DNA of 64,000 nucleotides, from NCBI GenBank assembly GCA_964406515.1, contig CAYORV010000001.1, positions 33,956 to 97,955 on the forward strand, read 5' to 3'. The notes under the pieces are model-generated. The model was not told the DNA's origin, made no database searches, and saw only the letters and a program-made list of their open reading frames with translations. Shown in pieces: positions 19,231-29,368 of the stretch. Position 1 is the stretch's first letter; each line of letters starts with the position of its first letter. This DNA comes from Candidatus Woesearchaeota archaeon (GTDB lineage: Archaea; Nanobdellota; Nanobdellia; Pacearchaeales; GW2011-AR1). The translations under genes and the position numbers were made by a program.

Positions 19231-20784
19231 ATGAAAAATAAAATTCTTTTTTTGAAGGCAAGAACGGGGATTGATGATCCTTCCCCCCCATTATCATTTG
19301 GTTATTTGGGTGGAATCGCGAAAGAAAAAGGATTTGAAGTTCTTGTTGAAAATCTTAATGCTCAATATAATAATTTTTCAAACCAAGATATTATAGAACT
19401 AATAAAGAAAGAGAAACCAGATATTGTGGGGGTTCATATTTTTACAAATGCGGCTAGGGATTCTTATAAATTAATAAAAATGATAAGACCGCATAGTAAA
19501 ATGATTATTGCAGGGGGGCCTCATGCAACTGCTTATCCTGAAGAAATATTAGAAAGAGGAGTTGATATTGCTTTTGTAGGAGAGGCAGACATTTCTTTTG
19601 GAAAATTTTTAGATTCTATCTTATCCAAAAAATCTCTTAAAAAAGTAAAGGGGATTGTCTATAAAGAAAAAGGGAAAGTAATAAAAACAAAACCAGCAGA
19701 TTCAGTTGTTAATCTTGATGTCATTCCATTACAGGATAAATCAATTCATAGGAAATCTGATTATGTAAAAGTAAAGGATGAAATAAATAACTTTGGGCAA
19801 ATTTTGTCTACAAGGGGTTGTCCTGGAAGATGCACATATTGTTTTTCTTTGTTTAATAAATGTTATAGATATATGTCTGCTAAAAAAGTATTTGATGAAA
19901 TTCTGCAACTGCATAAGGATTATGACATTAATTTTTTTAATTTTATCGACGACGCATTTACAATAGATAAAAAAAGATTAAATGAACTTTGCGATTTGTT
20001 TATAAATTCTGATTTAAATCTTAAATGGTCTTGTGGGACAAGAGTTGATTTTTTAGATGAGGAGATAATCTCTAAAATGAAGGAAGCTGGATGTGAAATG
20101 ATTACGCTTGGAATTGAAACTTGTCTTCCTAAAACATTAAAAGAGATGGATAAAGTAATTGGAGCAAATGGGATAACAACACCTCAACTTTATACCAAAC
20201 GTGCTGATGATATCTTAAAATGGTGTTATAGAAAAAATATCAGAGTGGGGGTTAATGCCTTAACAGGATTTCCCTGGGAAACAGCAAAGGATATGAGAGA
20301 AATGCAAGATTACATAAACAGGATAAAAAAATATGTGACTCAGGGATTTTATGGAGGGATTTTACAGCCACAACCTGGAACAAAAATGTATAATGAATAT
20401 GCAAAAGAATATGGTTTTGAAGAATGGTGGATACACAAAAAACCGCTTTTTGAAGACACAAGTTACCATCCTTTCTTTATGACATACTATCATCAATATT
20501 GGGACCATCTCCATAATGATTTTTTTAAATTTGATAAGGAGATGTTCAAGGAATTAGATAAATTATACAGATTGATGGGAAGATGGAACATATATATTTT
20601 TTCTAGAAGAAGATTTGGTAAGAATTTTTTATCATATGGAATCTATCAAGGAGTTCTTTTTTTGAGCAAGATTTCTTATTTGATTTTCAAAGTTTCTCCA
20701 AAAATAGAAAGAATACTTATGGAAAGAGTAAAAAAATTTAGTTATCAATTTAAGTTTAGAAAAGGAAATAAAAATCTGAATTAA
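19231..20784 (+). CDS. Cobalamin-binding radical SAM enzyme
   Basis: 'STRGCPGRCTYCFS'. B12-binding N-terminus begins at 'MKNKILFLKARTG'. The internal ATG at 19231 is preferred over the track start at 19138 because it leaves a ~100 bp divergent intergenic region containing 'aaaTTTATAAAtc' 28 bp upstream. Confidence 0.7.
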   Translation: MKNKILFLKARTGIDDPSPPLSFGYLGGIAKEKGFEVLVENLNAQYNNFSNQDIIELIKKEKPDIVGVHIFTNAARDSYKLIKMIRPHSKMIIAGGPHATAYPEEILERGVDIAFVGEADISFGKFLDSILSKKSLKKVKGIVYKEKGKVIKTKPADSVVNLDVIPLQDKSIHRKSDYVKVKDEINNFGQILSTRGCPGRCTYCFSLFNKCYRYMSAKKVFDEILQLHKDYDINFFNFIDDAFTIDKKRLNELCDLFINSDLNLKWSCGTRVDFLDEEIISKMKEAGCEMITLGIETCLPKTLKEMDKVIGANGITTPQLYTKRADDILKWCYRKNIRVGVNALTGFPWETAKDMREMQDYINRIKKYVTQGFYGGILQPQPGTKMYNEYAKEYGFEEWWIHKKPLFEDTSYHPFFMTYYHQYWDHLHNDFFKFDKEMFKELDKLYRLMGRWNIYIFSRRRFGKNFLSYGIYQGVLFLSKISYLIFKVSPKIERILMERVKKFSYQFKFRKGNKNLN

Positions 20785-20785
20785 T

Positions 20786-21958
20786 ATGAAAATCAAAGCT
20801 GTTCTTATTTCGCATGCATCTGTTTCAGTATATATGAAAGGTCAGAAACCACTCAGACAGATGATTCTTGACGATTGGTATTCTTTAACTGCCCAGCAAA
20901 TTAAAAAATTTTATCCTGAAATTGATGTTGAATGTTGGACTCCAGAGAGGGCGTTCAAAAAACCCCAAGAATTCAAAGAAAAAAATATAACCTACAGGCA
21001 ATTTCCTACAACTTTTTCTCCAAAATATGGTCTTGATTTTTCTATTCAAATGTTAAGAGAAATGAAAGAAGAAATGAAAAGAGCGGAGAAAGAGAATTAT
21101 AAAGTTATATTCCATTTACATGAATATCATAATTTACATGGTTTGATGATTGCCACGTTGTTTAAGAAAGGAAATATAATCGGGCAACACCATGGAGGAA
21201 GCTGGCCATTGAAACATCTAAAAGAAAATAAAAAATATCGTTTTTTCTTTCCTTTCTTTTTACTAGCACAAGTTTGGGAGAAGAAGGTCTTAAAGAATAT
21301 CAAATATTTTTATGCTTTGGGAAAAGAAGAAATAAATTATTTAGAAAAAATTGCTCCGAATTCTAAAACAAGATTTCAGACAATGGGAATTGAAGATTAT
21401 TATTATGAAAATATGGAAAAAGATGTTGCAAGAAAAAAGTTGAAATGGCCTCTTAATAAAAAAATACTCCTTTTTTTAGGGAGGCTTATTCCTGTAAAAG
21501 GTATTACCTATTTAATGGATGCTATGAAAGATTTGAAAGACGTTGAGTTAAAGGTTATTGGATGGGGAGATCAGGAACAAGAATACAAAGATTATGCTAA
21601 AATTAGAAAATTAGAAAATGTGGAATTTTTGGGTTCTTTTTTTTATAAGGAAAAGCTTCCCTACCTAAGTGGTGCTGATATTTTTATACTTCCCTCATCT
21701 AAGGAGGGAGCATCTGTGTCTGTTATGGAAGCTATGGCAAGAAATCTTCCGATTATCACGACAGACATTGGGGGAATGCCATTAATGGTGAAAAATGATA
21801 GAGAAGGTATAGTAATAGAGCAAAGAAATCCAAAAGATATTGTTAAAGCGGTTAGAAAAATATTAAATTGGAAAATAAAAAATGTTAAAAAATATGCGGA
21901 AAGGTATCGATGGAAAAAGATTATTGATGATACTGTGAAAGATTATGAAAATATATAA
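20786..21958 (+). CDS. GT4 family glycosyltransferase
   Basis: 'PSSKEGASVSVMEAMARNLPIITTDIGG' E-x7-E motif. A truncated paralog copy lies at 24927..25428. Confidence 0.7.
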   Translation: MKIKAVLISHASVSVYMKGQKPLRQMILDDWYSLTAQQIKKFYPEIDVECWTPERAFKKPQEFKEKNITYRQFPTTFSPKYGLDFSIQMLREMKEEMKRAEKENYKVIFHLHEYHNLHGLMIATLFKKGNIIGQHHGGSWPLKHLKENKKYRFFFPFFLLAQVWEKKVLKNIKYFYALGKEEINYLEKIAPNSKTRFQTMGIEDYYYENMEKDVARKKLKWPLNKKILLFLGRLIPVKGITYLMDAMKDLKDVELKVIGWGDQEQEYKDYAKIRKLENVEFLGSFFYKEKLPYLSGADIFILPSSKEGASVSVMEAMARNLPIITTDIGGMPLMVKNDREGIVIEQRNPKDIVKAVRKILNWKIKNVKKYAERYRWKKIIDDTVKDYENI

Positions 21959-21996
21959 TCTTGGATAGAAATTCTTAAAAACTTTTTATTTTTAAG

Positions 21997-22968
21997 ATGA
22001 AAATGAGAATAGGCCTTATTGGGATTGGGGATATTGCAAATGAACATATTTATGCAATCGAAAAAGTAGATGGACTAGAATTAAAAGCATTATCTGATTT
22101 AGATGAAAAAAGAAATCCAAATATTTCGGGGGTTAAATTTTACAGAGATTATAAAGAAATGCTAAAAGATTCTGATTTAGGGGCTGTTACCATAGCAACT
22201 CCAAATTACCTTCATGAGCAGATGACTATAGACTCCTTAGATTCAGGAAAGCATGTTTTAGTGGAAAAGCCTATGGCTGCAACAATAGAACAGGCAGAAA
22301 GGATGACTGAAGCCGCAAAAAAATCAGACAAGAGTTTAATTGTTTCTTATCATTTTCAATTCAAACCAGAGATTCTTCATTTCCTTGGATCAATAAAAGA
22401 ATATGGAAAAATAAATGGGTTTAAAGTGCATATCAGCACTCCTCCACCTACATATAGACAATGGCTTTTAAAAAAAGAGCAATCGGGTGGCGGGCCTTGG
22501 ATCGATAATGGAACAAATTGTATAAGCATGATAAGATTATTTGTTAATGATTTGAAAGTTACTAAAGCTGAATTTGGTTATGAACAACAAGATGTTATCT
22601 GTAACAAAAAGATTGAAGATTATGCAAGAGTTGAGCTTTCTGGGAAGGGAGTTCAGGGAACAGCAGTATCTGATTGGAGAATGAATAGTAATCAACTAAA
22701 ACTAATCTCTCACTATGAAACATCAAAAGGTTCTGTTGTTCTAGATCATTTAGATAATACTGTTTCCTTTAATGGAAAAGAAGTTTTTAGAGGTATGAAT
22801 AGAAAAACAAAGGGGGGTGCTCTTGAGAAAGATCGGAGATATGAAATGGTTTATCAAGATTTTTTAAATAGAATTAGTAACAGAACAGGCAACATTGATG
22901 ATTCACTAAAATGTATGCGACTTGTTGTCGAAGCATATGAGTTGGGAAATAAAAATATTATTCTGTAA
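21997..22968 (+). CDS. Gfo/Idh/MocA-family NAD(P)-dependent oxidoreductase (sugar or sugar-nucleotide dehydrogenase type)
   Basis: 'MRIGLIGIGDIANEHI' N-terminal Rossmann, 'EKPMAAT' motif. Confidence 0.65.
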   Translation: MKMRIGLIGIGDIANEHIYAIEKVDGLELKALSDLDEKRNPNISGVKFYRDYKEMLKDSDLGAVTIATPNYLHEQMTIDSLDSGKHVLVEKPMAATIEQAERMTEAAKKSDKSLIVSYHFQFKPEILHFLGSIKEYGKINGFKVHISTPPPTYRQWLLKKEQSGGGPWIDNGTNCISMIRLFVNDLKVTKAEFGYEQQDVICNKKIEDYARVELSGKGVQGTAVSDWRMNSNQLKLISHYETSKGSVVLDHLDNTVSFNGKEVFRGMNRKTKGGALEKDRRYEMVYQDFLNRISNRTGNIDDSLKCMRLVVEAYELGNKNIIL

Positions 22969-22994
22969 ATCTTATCAGTTTTTATTCTATCTCA

Positions 22995-23022
22995 AGATTA
23001 TACCTCAATAATCTTTATAAAT
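22995..23022 (+). promoter_or_regulatory. BRE/TATA-like promoter (agattatacctcaataatcTTTATAAAt)
   Basis: 28-bp element identical to 23839..23866. ~21 bp to the ATG at 23043. Confidence 0.55.
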
Positions 23023-23042
23023 AATATTTTTGATTTAAGTTA

Positions 23043-23810
23043 ATGTTAGGGAATTATACACCCATAGATTATCGGAAATGGGTTCTTGGAGATAAAACAA
23101 GAGAAGGAGTTAATATAAAGAGGCTAAATTTGTTGACCCCCAATGAATTAAAAGTTTGGAAAGAAGCAGTTCCTTATCAAGATCAGAGAAATGATCCTGG
23201 GCATGGAGAGCTTGCTACTTATTTTGCAATAAAATCTCTTGATTATCTTCCTGGAAAAAGAGAGATTGCTATTCCTGCTGTAATTTGCCATGATACTGGT
23301 TGGCATGGAAATGATCCTGAAGCATGGAAAAGATTAACTGAAGCAAATAAAGATAACCCTCAAGCTCTTGATAGTGAAGAAAATCGAAGACCTCACCAAA
23401 ATAGAGGGATTTTATTAGCAGGAAGAATTTTAGAAAGAGCAGGATATTTTGAAAATTATCCTGTTGAAAACTGGTTGGAAATCGCAGATGCTATTGGAGA
23501 CCATGATACAAGAAAACTTCCAGTAACAGAAAATGGAAAAATTCTTAGAACAGGGGATTTTTTATGGAGAGTTACTTATCCTTGCATAGAAATGTATCTG
23601 AGCGATTTGAATTCTGAGGAATTGTTTGAAAGGGTGAAAAAAACGTGCTTAAATGATCCCACATCTCCATTAGAAGGAATTAGTTTTGAAATAGCCAAAT
23701 TTGAATTAGCAAATACAATGTATTTTAAGTTTGGAGAAGAACAAGCAAGACAAACTCTTGGTGAGGAATATAGTGAAGAATTAATGCAAGTTAAAGATTT
23801 TTACAAATAA
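23043..23810 (+). CDS. Hypothetical protein, possible HD-domain metal-dependent phosphohydrolase
   Basis: Spaced 'PGHGE ... VICHDTGWHG ... IGDHDTRK' His/Asp pattern reminiscent of the HD domain. Weak. Confidence 0.35.
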   Translation: MLGNYTPIDYRKWVLGDKTREGVNIKRLNLLTPNELKVWKEAVPYQDQRNDPGHGELATYFAIKSLDYLPGKREIAIPAVICHDTGWHGNDPEAWKRLTEANKDNPQALDSEENRRPHQNRGILLAGRILERAGYFENYPVENWLEIADAIGDHDTRKLPVTENGKILRTGDFLWRVTYPCIEMYLSDLNSEELFERVKKTCLNDPTSPLEGISFEIAKFELANTMYFKFGEEQARQTLGEEYSEELMQVKDFYK

Positions 23811-23838
23811 CTAACCTCAAAAGATAAAATTGTTATAA

Positions 23839-23866
23839 AGATTATACCTCAATAATCTTTATAAAT
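23839..23866 (+). promoter_or_regulatory. BRE/TATA-like promoter, second copy of the 28-bp element
   Basis: Identical to 22995..23022. ~21 bp to the ATG at 23886. Confidence 0.55.
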
Positions 23867-23885
23867 TAAGTTAATAAAAAATTTC

Positions 23886-24863
23886 ATGAGTGTAATTAAT
23901 TTAGAACAAGCGAGTAAGGGTTTGTTAGATTTTCACAATCATTCAACTTATTCTGATGGAGGAGATACTCCCTCACAACTTGTAGAAAGAGCAAAAGAAT
24001 ATGGAGTTAGTGCTATGGCATTAACAGACCATCATGTTATAGGTGGCTTACCTGAATTTAGAAATGCTTGTGAAGAATTAGATATTTTGGGTATTCCTTT
24101 TGGAACAGAAATTGGGGTAGAACTTCCTCAAGAGATTTTAGAGGAAGGAGATAATGATTCTCCAGACATGGTTATTTTAGGGAGAAATCCAAGAAATGTG
24201 GAAGCAAAAATACAAGAGTATCAAGCCATTTTACAAGAAGACAGAGCAAATAGATTTTTACCAGAAACTTTTGAAAGAATGATAGAAAGGGGGTTTGATA
24301 TTCCCAGATTACCTTCAGATATAAAAACTGCTAATCCTGAAAGGCTAAACGAGTTAACAGAAGATTTGAAAAGAAATATGGCCAAAGGAGAGAATCTTGG
24401 AAAATTAATTGATTATATTCATAGCGTTGATTCTTCTATTAGGAGAGAAGATATTGAAGAACAACCAGGGAAATATGCAAATAAATTTTTTGCCATAGGT
24501 CAACCAGGATATGTAAAAAGATTGGAAGGATTTAGTTTAAGTGACGCAAAGACTTTATCAGAGGCGATGAATTGTAAATTGGGCATCGCACATCCAGGAG
24601 GAGAATACGGATTCCTATCAGATTCAGTATTATATCATATGATTGAAAAAGGAACCCACATAATAGAAACCCGAAATTATTTTAACACTCCTGAGCAAAA
24701 TGTCAGGTTTGATAAGATAGCAGGCGAACATAATTTAACCAGGTCTGGTGGTTCAGATTGTCATGGGGATAATAGCCCATTTAAAATTGGCATGTATGAT
24801 CGTCCTCAAAATCAGGTTCCTAAAGAGGTTCTAGAAGAATTGTGGGAAAGTTTGCCTGAATAA
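23886..24863 (+). CDS. PHP-domain metal-dependent phosphoesterase
   Basis: 'LDFHNHSTYSDGGDTP...MALTDHH' PHP signature. Confidence 0.6.
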   Translation: MSVINLEQASKGLLDFHNHSTYSDGGDTPSQLVERAKEYGVSAMALTDHHVIGGLPEFRNACEELDILGIPFGTEIGVELPQEILEEGDNDSPDMVILGRNPRNVEAKIQEYQAILQEDRANRFLPETFERMIERGFDIPRLPSDIKTANPERLNELTEDLKRNMAKGENLGKLIDYIHSVDSSIRREDIEEQPGKYANKFFAIGQPGYVKRLEGFSLSDAKTLSEAMNCKLGIAHPGGEYGFLSDSVLYHMIEKGTHIIETRNYFNTPEQNVRFDKIAGEHNLTRSGGSDCHGDNSPFKIGMYDRPQNQVPKEVLEELWESLPE

Positions 24864-24869
24864 TTGGTT

Positions 24870-24925
24870 AAATAAAATTCACATCGCCACCATAACAATC
24901 TATTGTTGAATTGATTAAAATGGCC
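24870..24925. repeat. Displaced ~55-bp copy (2-3 mismatches) of the 3' end of the radical SAM gene at 26934..28016
   Basis: 'aaataaaattcacatcgccaccataacaatctattgttgaattgattaaaat' here versus 'aaataaaattcacatcatcaccataacaatctattgttgaattgattagaat' at 26936..26988. Confidence 0.7.
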
Positions 24926-24926
24926 A

Positions 24927-25428
24927 ATGGATAAAAAGATTATCATTTATTTGGGTAGGGTTGGTTATCTTAAAGGTACTAATTATTTAATAGAAGCTAT
25001 GAAAAAATTAAAAGATGTTGATTTAAAATTAATAGGGTGGCTTCAAGATGCAAATTTCAAAGAACTTGAATTATCTAAAGAAATGAAAAATGTTGAGTAT
25101 TTTGGAGCAATTTTTGGAAAAAAGAAACTTGTTTATACAAGTGCATGTGATGCTTTTGTTTTGCCTTCAACAAAAGAAGGAGCTTCAATTGTTGTAATGG
25201 AAGCTCTTGCAAGAAATTTGCCAGTTGTTTCAACAGATGTTGGAGTAATAAAATTAGTAATAGAAGGTGGTTTAAATGGTAAAATAATTCCCCGGAGATA
25301 GTGATGCCATTGTCAAAGCTGTAAAAGAAATTTTGATATGGAAGAAAAAAATGTGAAACAATATGCAGAAAAATATAGGTGGGAAAAAATAATTGATGAT
25401 ACTATAGAAGATTATGAAAATATTTAAT
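24927..25428 (+). pseudogene. N-terminally truncated and frameshifted GT4 glycosyltransferase fragment (paralog of 20786..21958)
   Basis: The 124-aa ORF matches only the C-terminal third of the GT4 ('LGRVGYLKGTNYLIEAMKKLKDVDLKLIGW...PSTKEGASIVVMEALARNLPVVSTDVG'). The remainder ('...AIVKAVKEILIWKKKNVKQYAEKYRWEKIIDDTIEDYENI*') continues in another frame to 25428. Confidence 0.65.
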
Positions 25429-25432
25429 ATGT

Positions 25433-25460
25433 GAGATTATAACTCAATAAATTTTATAAA
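25433..25460 (+). promoter_or_regulatory. BRE/TATA-like promoter (gagattataactcaataaatTTTATAAA)
   Basis: ~22 bp upstream of the ATG at 25482. Confidence 0.5.
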
Positions 25461-25481
25461 CTAAGTTATGTCTTTCTTTTT

Positions 25482-26909
25482 ATGGTGCAAAGAAAAAAAG
25501 TTATATTGATGTATCCTAATTTTGAATGGGCAGAATTTATGGAGAGAACAAAATGGATTACACATCCTTATAATATTGGGATTCTTGCAGCAATGATTGA
25601 AGATAAATATGATGTGAGTATAATTGATGCAAATATGGATAATTTATCTAAAAACGAATTTGCTGAATTAATAAAAAATTCACAACCAGATGTTCTTGGA
25701 ATATCTGTAGCTACAAACGAATATACCAAATCTGGATTAATTGCAGCTGAGATAGCAAAAAAAAATAATCCGAACACAAAGATCATCATGGGGGGTGTTG
25801 CAGTAACATCTAATCATAAACCTTTCATTGAAAACCCTCATGTAGATGGTGTAATTATTGGGGAAGGAGAATATGCTTTCAAAAAGTTTTGTAGTTTTTT
25901 ATGTGGGAAAGACGATTTTCCAGAAAAAGGAATTTTGTATAAAAAAGATGGTGAGATCATGGGAAGTGGCAGGGTAGATTTTATTCAAGATTTAGATAAA
26001 CTCCCTCTACCTGCATATCATCTAGTTGATTTTAAGAAATATACTACCCAAACACCAAGGGAGGGTATTGATAGACCAAGAGACAGACCTTATGCACGAA
26101 TTCTCACTTCTAGAGGTTGCCCACATAATTGCTGTTTTTGTGAAGTCGGTTCTATATCTGGAAAAAAAGTAAGATTTAGAAGTGTGGAAAATATTATCAA
26201 GGAGATTGAATGGTTAATCAAGGAATATGGTATAAAGGCGTTGATTTTTGATGATGATAATCTTACTATTGATAAAGAGAGAGCTAAGAAATTATTTAGA
26301 ACAATGATTGATAGAAAGTATAATTTAAAATGGCATGATTCTGCGATAGCCATAGGCACTTTGGATGATGAAATGCTCAGTCTGATGAAAGAAAGCGGTT
26401 GTGAATTTATAAATGTAGCAATTGAAAGTGGGAATCCAAGAGTGTCTAAAGAAATTGTACACAAACCTATTAATTTAGGATCTGTCAAAGAAATGATAAA
26501 GAAAATAAAGGATCCTGGGATTGATGTGGGTGCTAATTTTATAATAGGGTTTCCTGGAGAAACCTGGGAAGAGATAAGAGAAACTATTAAGTTTGCTGAA
26601 GACATAGATGTTGATTATGTAAGAATATTTATTGCAACTCCTCTCCCCAACACAGAACTCTATAGAATGGCAAGAGAAGGTGGATATTTAAAAGAAGGTT
26701 TTGATTTTAACAGGCATTTATGGACAGATGGGTGGATTGAAACCAATGAATTTCGTGCGCAGGATTTGAAAATTTTAAGAGCCTATGAATGGGACAGAAT
26801 TAATTTCTCAGACCCAGAGAAGAGGAAAAAGATAGCAAGAATGATGGGAATGAATGAAGAAAGGCTAAATGAAATTAGAAAAGATACCTTAAAGAGAGCT
26901 AATCCTTAG
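25482..26909 (+). CDS. Cobalamin-binding radical SAM enzyme
   Basis: 'KVILMYPNFEW...' B12-binding N-terminus. 'TSRGCPHNCCFCEVG' CxxxCxxC. Confidence 0.75.
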   Translation: MVQRKKVILMYPNFEWAEFMERTKWITHPYNIGILAAMIEDKYDVSIIDANMDNLSKNEFAELIKNSQPDVLGISVATNEYTKSGLIAAEIAKKNNPNTKIIMGGVAVTSNHKPFIENPHVDGVIIGEGEYAFKKFCSFLCGKDDFPEKGILYKKDGEIMGSGRVDFIQDLDKLPLPAYHLVDFKKYTTQTPREGIDRPRDRPYARILTSRGCPHNCCFCEVGSISGKKVRFRSVENIIKEIEWLIKEYGIKALIFDDDNLTIDKERAKKLFRTMIDRKYNLKWHDSAIAIGTLDDEMLSLMKESGCEFINVAIESGNPRVSKEIVHKPINLGSVKEMIKKIKDPGIDVGANFIIGFPGETWEEIRETIKFAEDIDVDYVRIFIATPLPNTELYRMAREGGYLKEGFDFNRHLWTDGWIETNEFRAQDLKILRAYEWDRINFSDPEKRKKIARMMGMNEERLNEIRKDTLKRANP

Positions 26910-26933
26910 TTTAAGAATTGTTTTGGAAAAATA

Positions 26934-28016
26934 TCAAATAAAATTCACATCATCACCATAACAATCTATTGTTGAATTGATTAGAATATTTTTTGCATTA
27001 TTTGCACAATGATGCTTGCATTGTTCTTGAGGATTAAATGTTTCAAATATCTTTTTTGCTTCTTCGCTAAACCATAGCTCTTTGAAAGATTTATCTTTTA
27101 TTGAACCAAGAATTCCTGTTGATGAATAAGCTTTGTCATGACAAAAATAAACATTGCAATCAGCGCCAATCACAGGAACAGTCTGCATTATCCAACATCG
27201 ATTATAATTTCTTTCAGAAACACTTGCTCCTGAGAAGTCTCCTTCATATGTATCATAAACATTAAAACTTTCATCTTGGAATTCTTTTTTTGCTCTTTCA
27301 ATTTGTTCTAAAACTTGAGAATTTATTGGTGCATGATATTCTTTGAAATTCTGTATCCACATTGGAGTAATTTTTATATGGTTGCATCCCAAATCTTTAA
27401 AGTGTTTCACACTTCGATAAACTTGGTCAGCATTATCTTTATGGACGACAAAGTTTATTCCTAGTTCGCAGTTAGGGTCTTTTATTTGAGCAAATTTTCT
27501 TATGTTTTCTGTTAGCTTGTGAAACCATTCCTCAGGAACTCGTCTTATTTTTGAAAAAGATGCTGCATCACTTGCATCTGAAGATATTCTGACCCAATGC
27601 GCACGAGAAAGAATTTCTGCTTTTTTTCCTTCTAAACCTTGCCCGTTTGTTATAATTGATAGATTAATACCTGCATCAAGAATTTTCTGCATTGCTTCTT
27701 CAATATATGGATAAATCAAAGGTTCTCCTCCTCCAGAAAAAGTTACAGATTTAACTCCCATTTCTTTAAAGTCATTTATTATTTCCATTGTTTTTTCACG
27801 GGGAATTTCATCTAATCTATCTTTCATTTTATCCCTAACTTCTGTGTCCCCAGTATCAGGGGCATAAGAACAAAAAGCGCAATGATGATTACATCTATTG
27901 GTTGGTTTAAATCTAACATAAATTGGAGGAGTAATCTTTCCATCTACAAAAGATTTAAGTTTTTCATGATGCCAGAGAATCTTAAGCCCACCGTATCTTT
28001 GTTTTATTTCAGTCAT
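26934..28016 (-). CDS. Radical SAM enzyme with C-terminal SPASM/twitch-like Cys cluster
   Basis: 'KPTNRCNHHCAFCSY'. C-terminal 'CWIMQTVPVIGADCNVYFCHDK...CKHHCAN'. The ATG at 28016 (MTEIKQ) is preferred: it removes the overlap with the aminotransferase and sits ~25 bp downstream of a 'TTTATAAAtt' box. The track start is at 28079. Confidence 0.7.
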   Translation of the reverse strand: MTEIKQRYGGLKILWHHEKLKSFVDGKITPPIYVRFKPTNRCNHHCAFCSYAPDTGDTEVRDKMKDRLDEIPREKTMEIINDFKEMGVKSVTFSGGGEPLIYPYIEEAMQKILDAGINLSIITNGQGLEGKKAEILSRAHWVRISSDASDAASFSKIRRVPEEWFHKLTENIRKFAQIKDPNCELGINFVVHKDNADQVYRSVKHFKDLGCNHIKITPMWIQNFKEYHAPINSQVLEQIERAKKEFQDESFNVYDTYEGDFSGASVSERNYNRCWIMQTVPVIGADCNVYFCHDKAYSSTGILGSIKDKSFKELWFSEEAKKIFETFNPQEQCKHHCANNAKNILINSTIDCYGDDVNFI

Positions 28017-28050
28017 CTTATAAAAGGATAATTTTAATTTATAAATATTA

Positions 28051-29235
28051 TTATCTTTTTTCCCTATCTTCAAGAACATTCCTCATTCTTTCTATTCCTT
28101 TCTCAATATTCTTAATAGAATTAGCGTAACATAATCTAACATAACCTTCACCTTGTTCTCCAAAAAAATTCCCCGGGCATATAGCAACTCCTGCTTTTTC
28201 AAGCATAAGATCAGAAAATTCTCCACTTGTAAGTCCGGTCTCCTTTATATTTGGGAAAACATAAAACGCTCCTTTTGGATTTAAACAACTAATGCCGGGT
28301 AAACTATTTAATTTTTCAACAATAACATCTCTCCTTTTTCTAAATTCATCTATCATATCACTAATCGGTTCTTGACTGCCTTTCATAGCTTCTATTCCTG
28401 CCCTTTGTATGAATGGTGAAACGCATGAACTTGTTGTTTCAAGCAACAACCCCATTTTTTCAATTAAATCCGAAGGTCCTGTCACAGCTCCAAGACGCCA
28501 ACCAGTCATAGCATAAGTTTTGCTAAAAGCATGAACCACAATTGTTCTTTTTTTACATTGGTCATATTTGCTTGGAGAACAAAAATGAGTTTCTGAATCA
28601 GGATAAACCATTCTGCCATAAACTTCATCACTTAATAAGTATAAATCATATTTTTCAGCGATATTATAAATTCTTTCCATTTCTTTTTCTGTCATAACAG
28701 AACCTGTAGGATTGTGCGGGGAATTAATTATAATCATCCTTGTTTTATCTGTTATCATTTTTTCAACATCATCAGGATTTAATCTAAATTCATTTTTTTC
28801 ATAAAGAGGAATCTTTACTGGCTTAACTCCTAGAACTTTAAGTATTGAATTATATGAAACAAAACTGGGATCAGGAATAATAACTTCTTCCCCGGGATTT
28901 ACTGCACATGATACAGCATAATAAATTTGTATATTTGCTCCTGCAGTAACTAAAATTTGATTTAATTCAGGTTTAAATTTTCTAGACCTTTCTGTCATCT
29001 CTACTGCAATTTTTTTAAATTCTAATAACCCAGAAGAATTTGTATAATGGGTATCTCCTTTTTTTAAGGCTTCACAAGCAGCTTCAACAATACTTTTTGG
29101 AGTATCAAAATCAGGGTCCCCTATTTCAAAATGAATAATTTCCTTTCCTTGCCTTTCAAGCTCTTGAGCCTTGGCAAGTATTTGAAACATTTTTTGCCCT
29201 TCTATTTTATGTGCAACATCGGATAATCTTCTCAT
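28051..29235 (-). CDS. PLP-dependent aminotransferase, class I/II fold (AspAT family)
   Basis: 'AFSKTYAMTGWRLG' Lys motif, 'INSPHNPTG'. Confidence 0.75.
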   Translation of the reverse strand: MRRLSDVAHKIEGQKMFQILAKAQELERQGKEIIHFEIGDPDFDTPKSIVEAACEALKKGDTHYTNSSGLLEFKKIAVEMTERSRKFKPELNQILVTAGANIQIYYAVSCAVNPGEEVIIPDPSFVSYNSILKVLGVKPVKIPLYEKNEFRLNPDDVEKMITDKTRMIIINSPHNPTGSVMTEKEMERIYNIAEKYDLYLLSDEVYGRMVYPDSETHFCSPSKYDQCKKRTIVVHAFSKTYAMTGWRLGAVTGPSDLIEKMGLLLETTSSCVSPFIQRAGIEAMKGSQEPISDMIDEFRKRRDVIVEKLNSLPGISCLNPKGAFYVFPNIKETGLTSGEFSDLMLEKAGVAICPGNFFGEQGEGYVRLCYANSIKNIEKGIERMRNVLEDREKR

Positions 29236-29368
29236 TTTAATATAAAAGTTTAATGAAATTTGTATATAAATATTCCCTAAGATACCTCTTCATAATTTAG
29301 GTTATTGTAAGAAATAGCTATTAAAGATATATAAATTTTAAAAAGCTAGTAATTTTTATTATATTTCA

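Noticed and set aside
25468-25481. ATG at 25468 upstream of the B12-rSAM gene
   Set aside because: It is out of frame with the 25482 ORF and terminates quickly.
4643-28016. SPASM radical SAM genes as anaerobic sulfatase-maturating enzymes for the sulfatase-family genes
   Set aside because: The sulfatase-family proteins have G-T-H-K-S instead of the C/S-x-P-x-R FGly motif, so there is no anSME substrate. The rSAM genes are also far from them.
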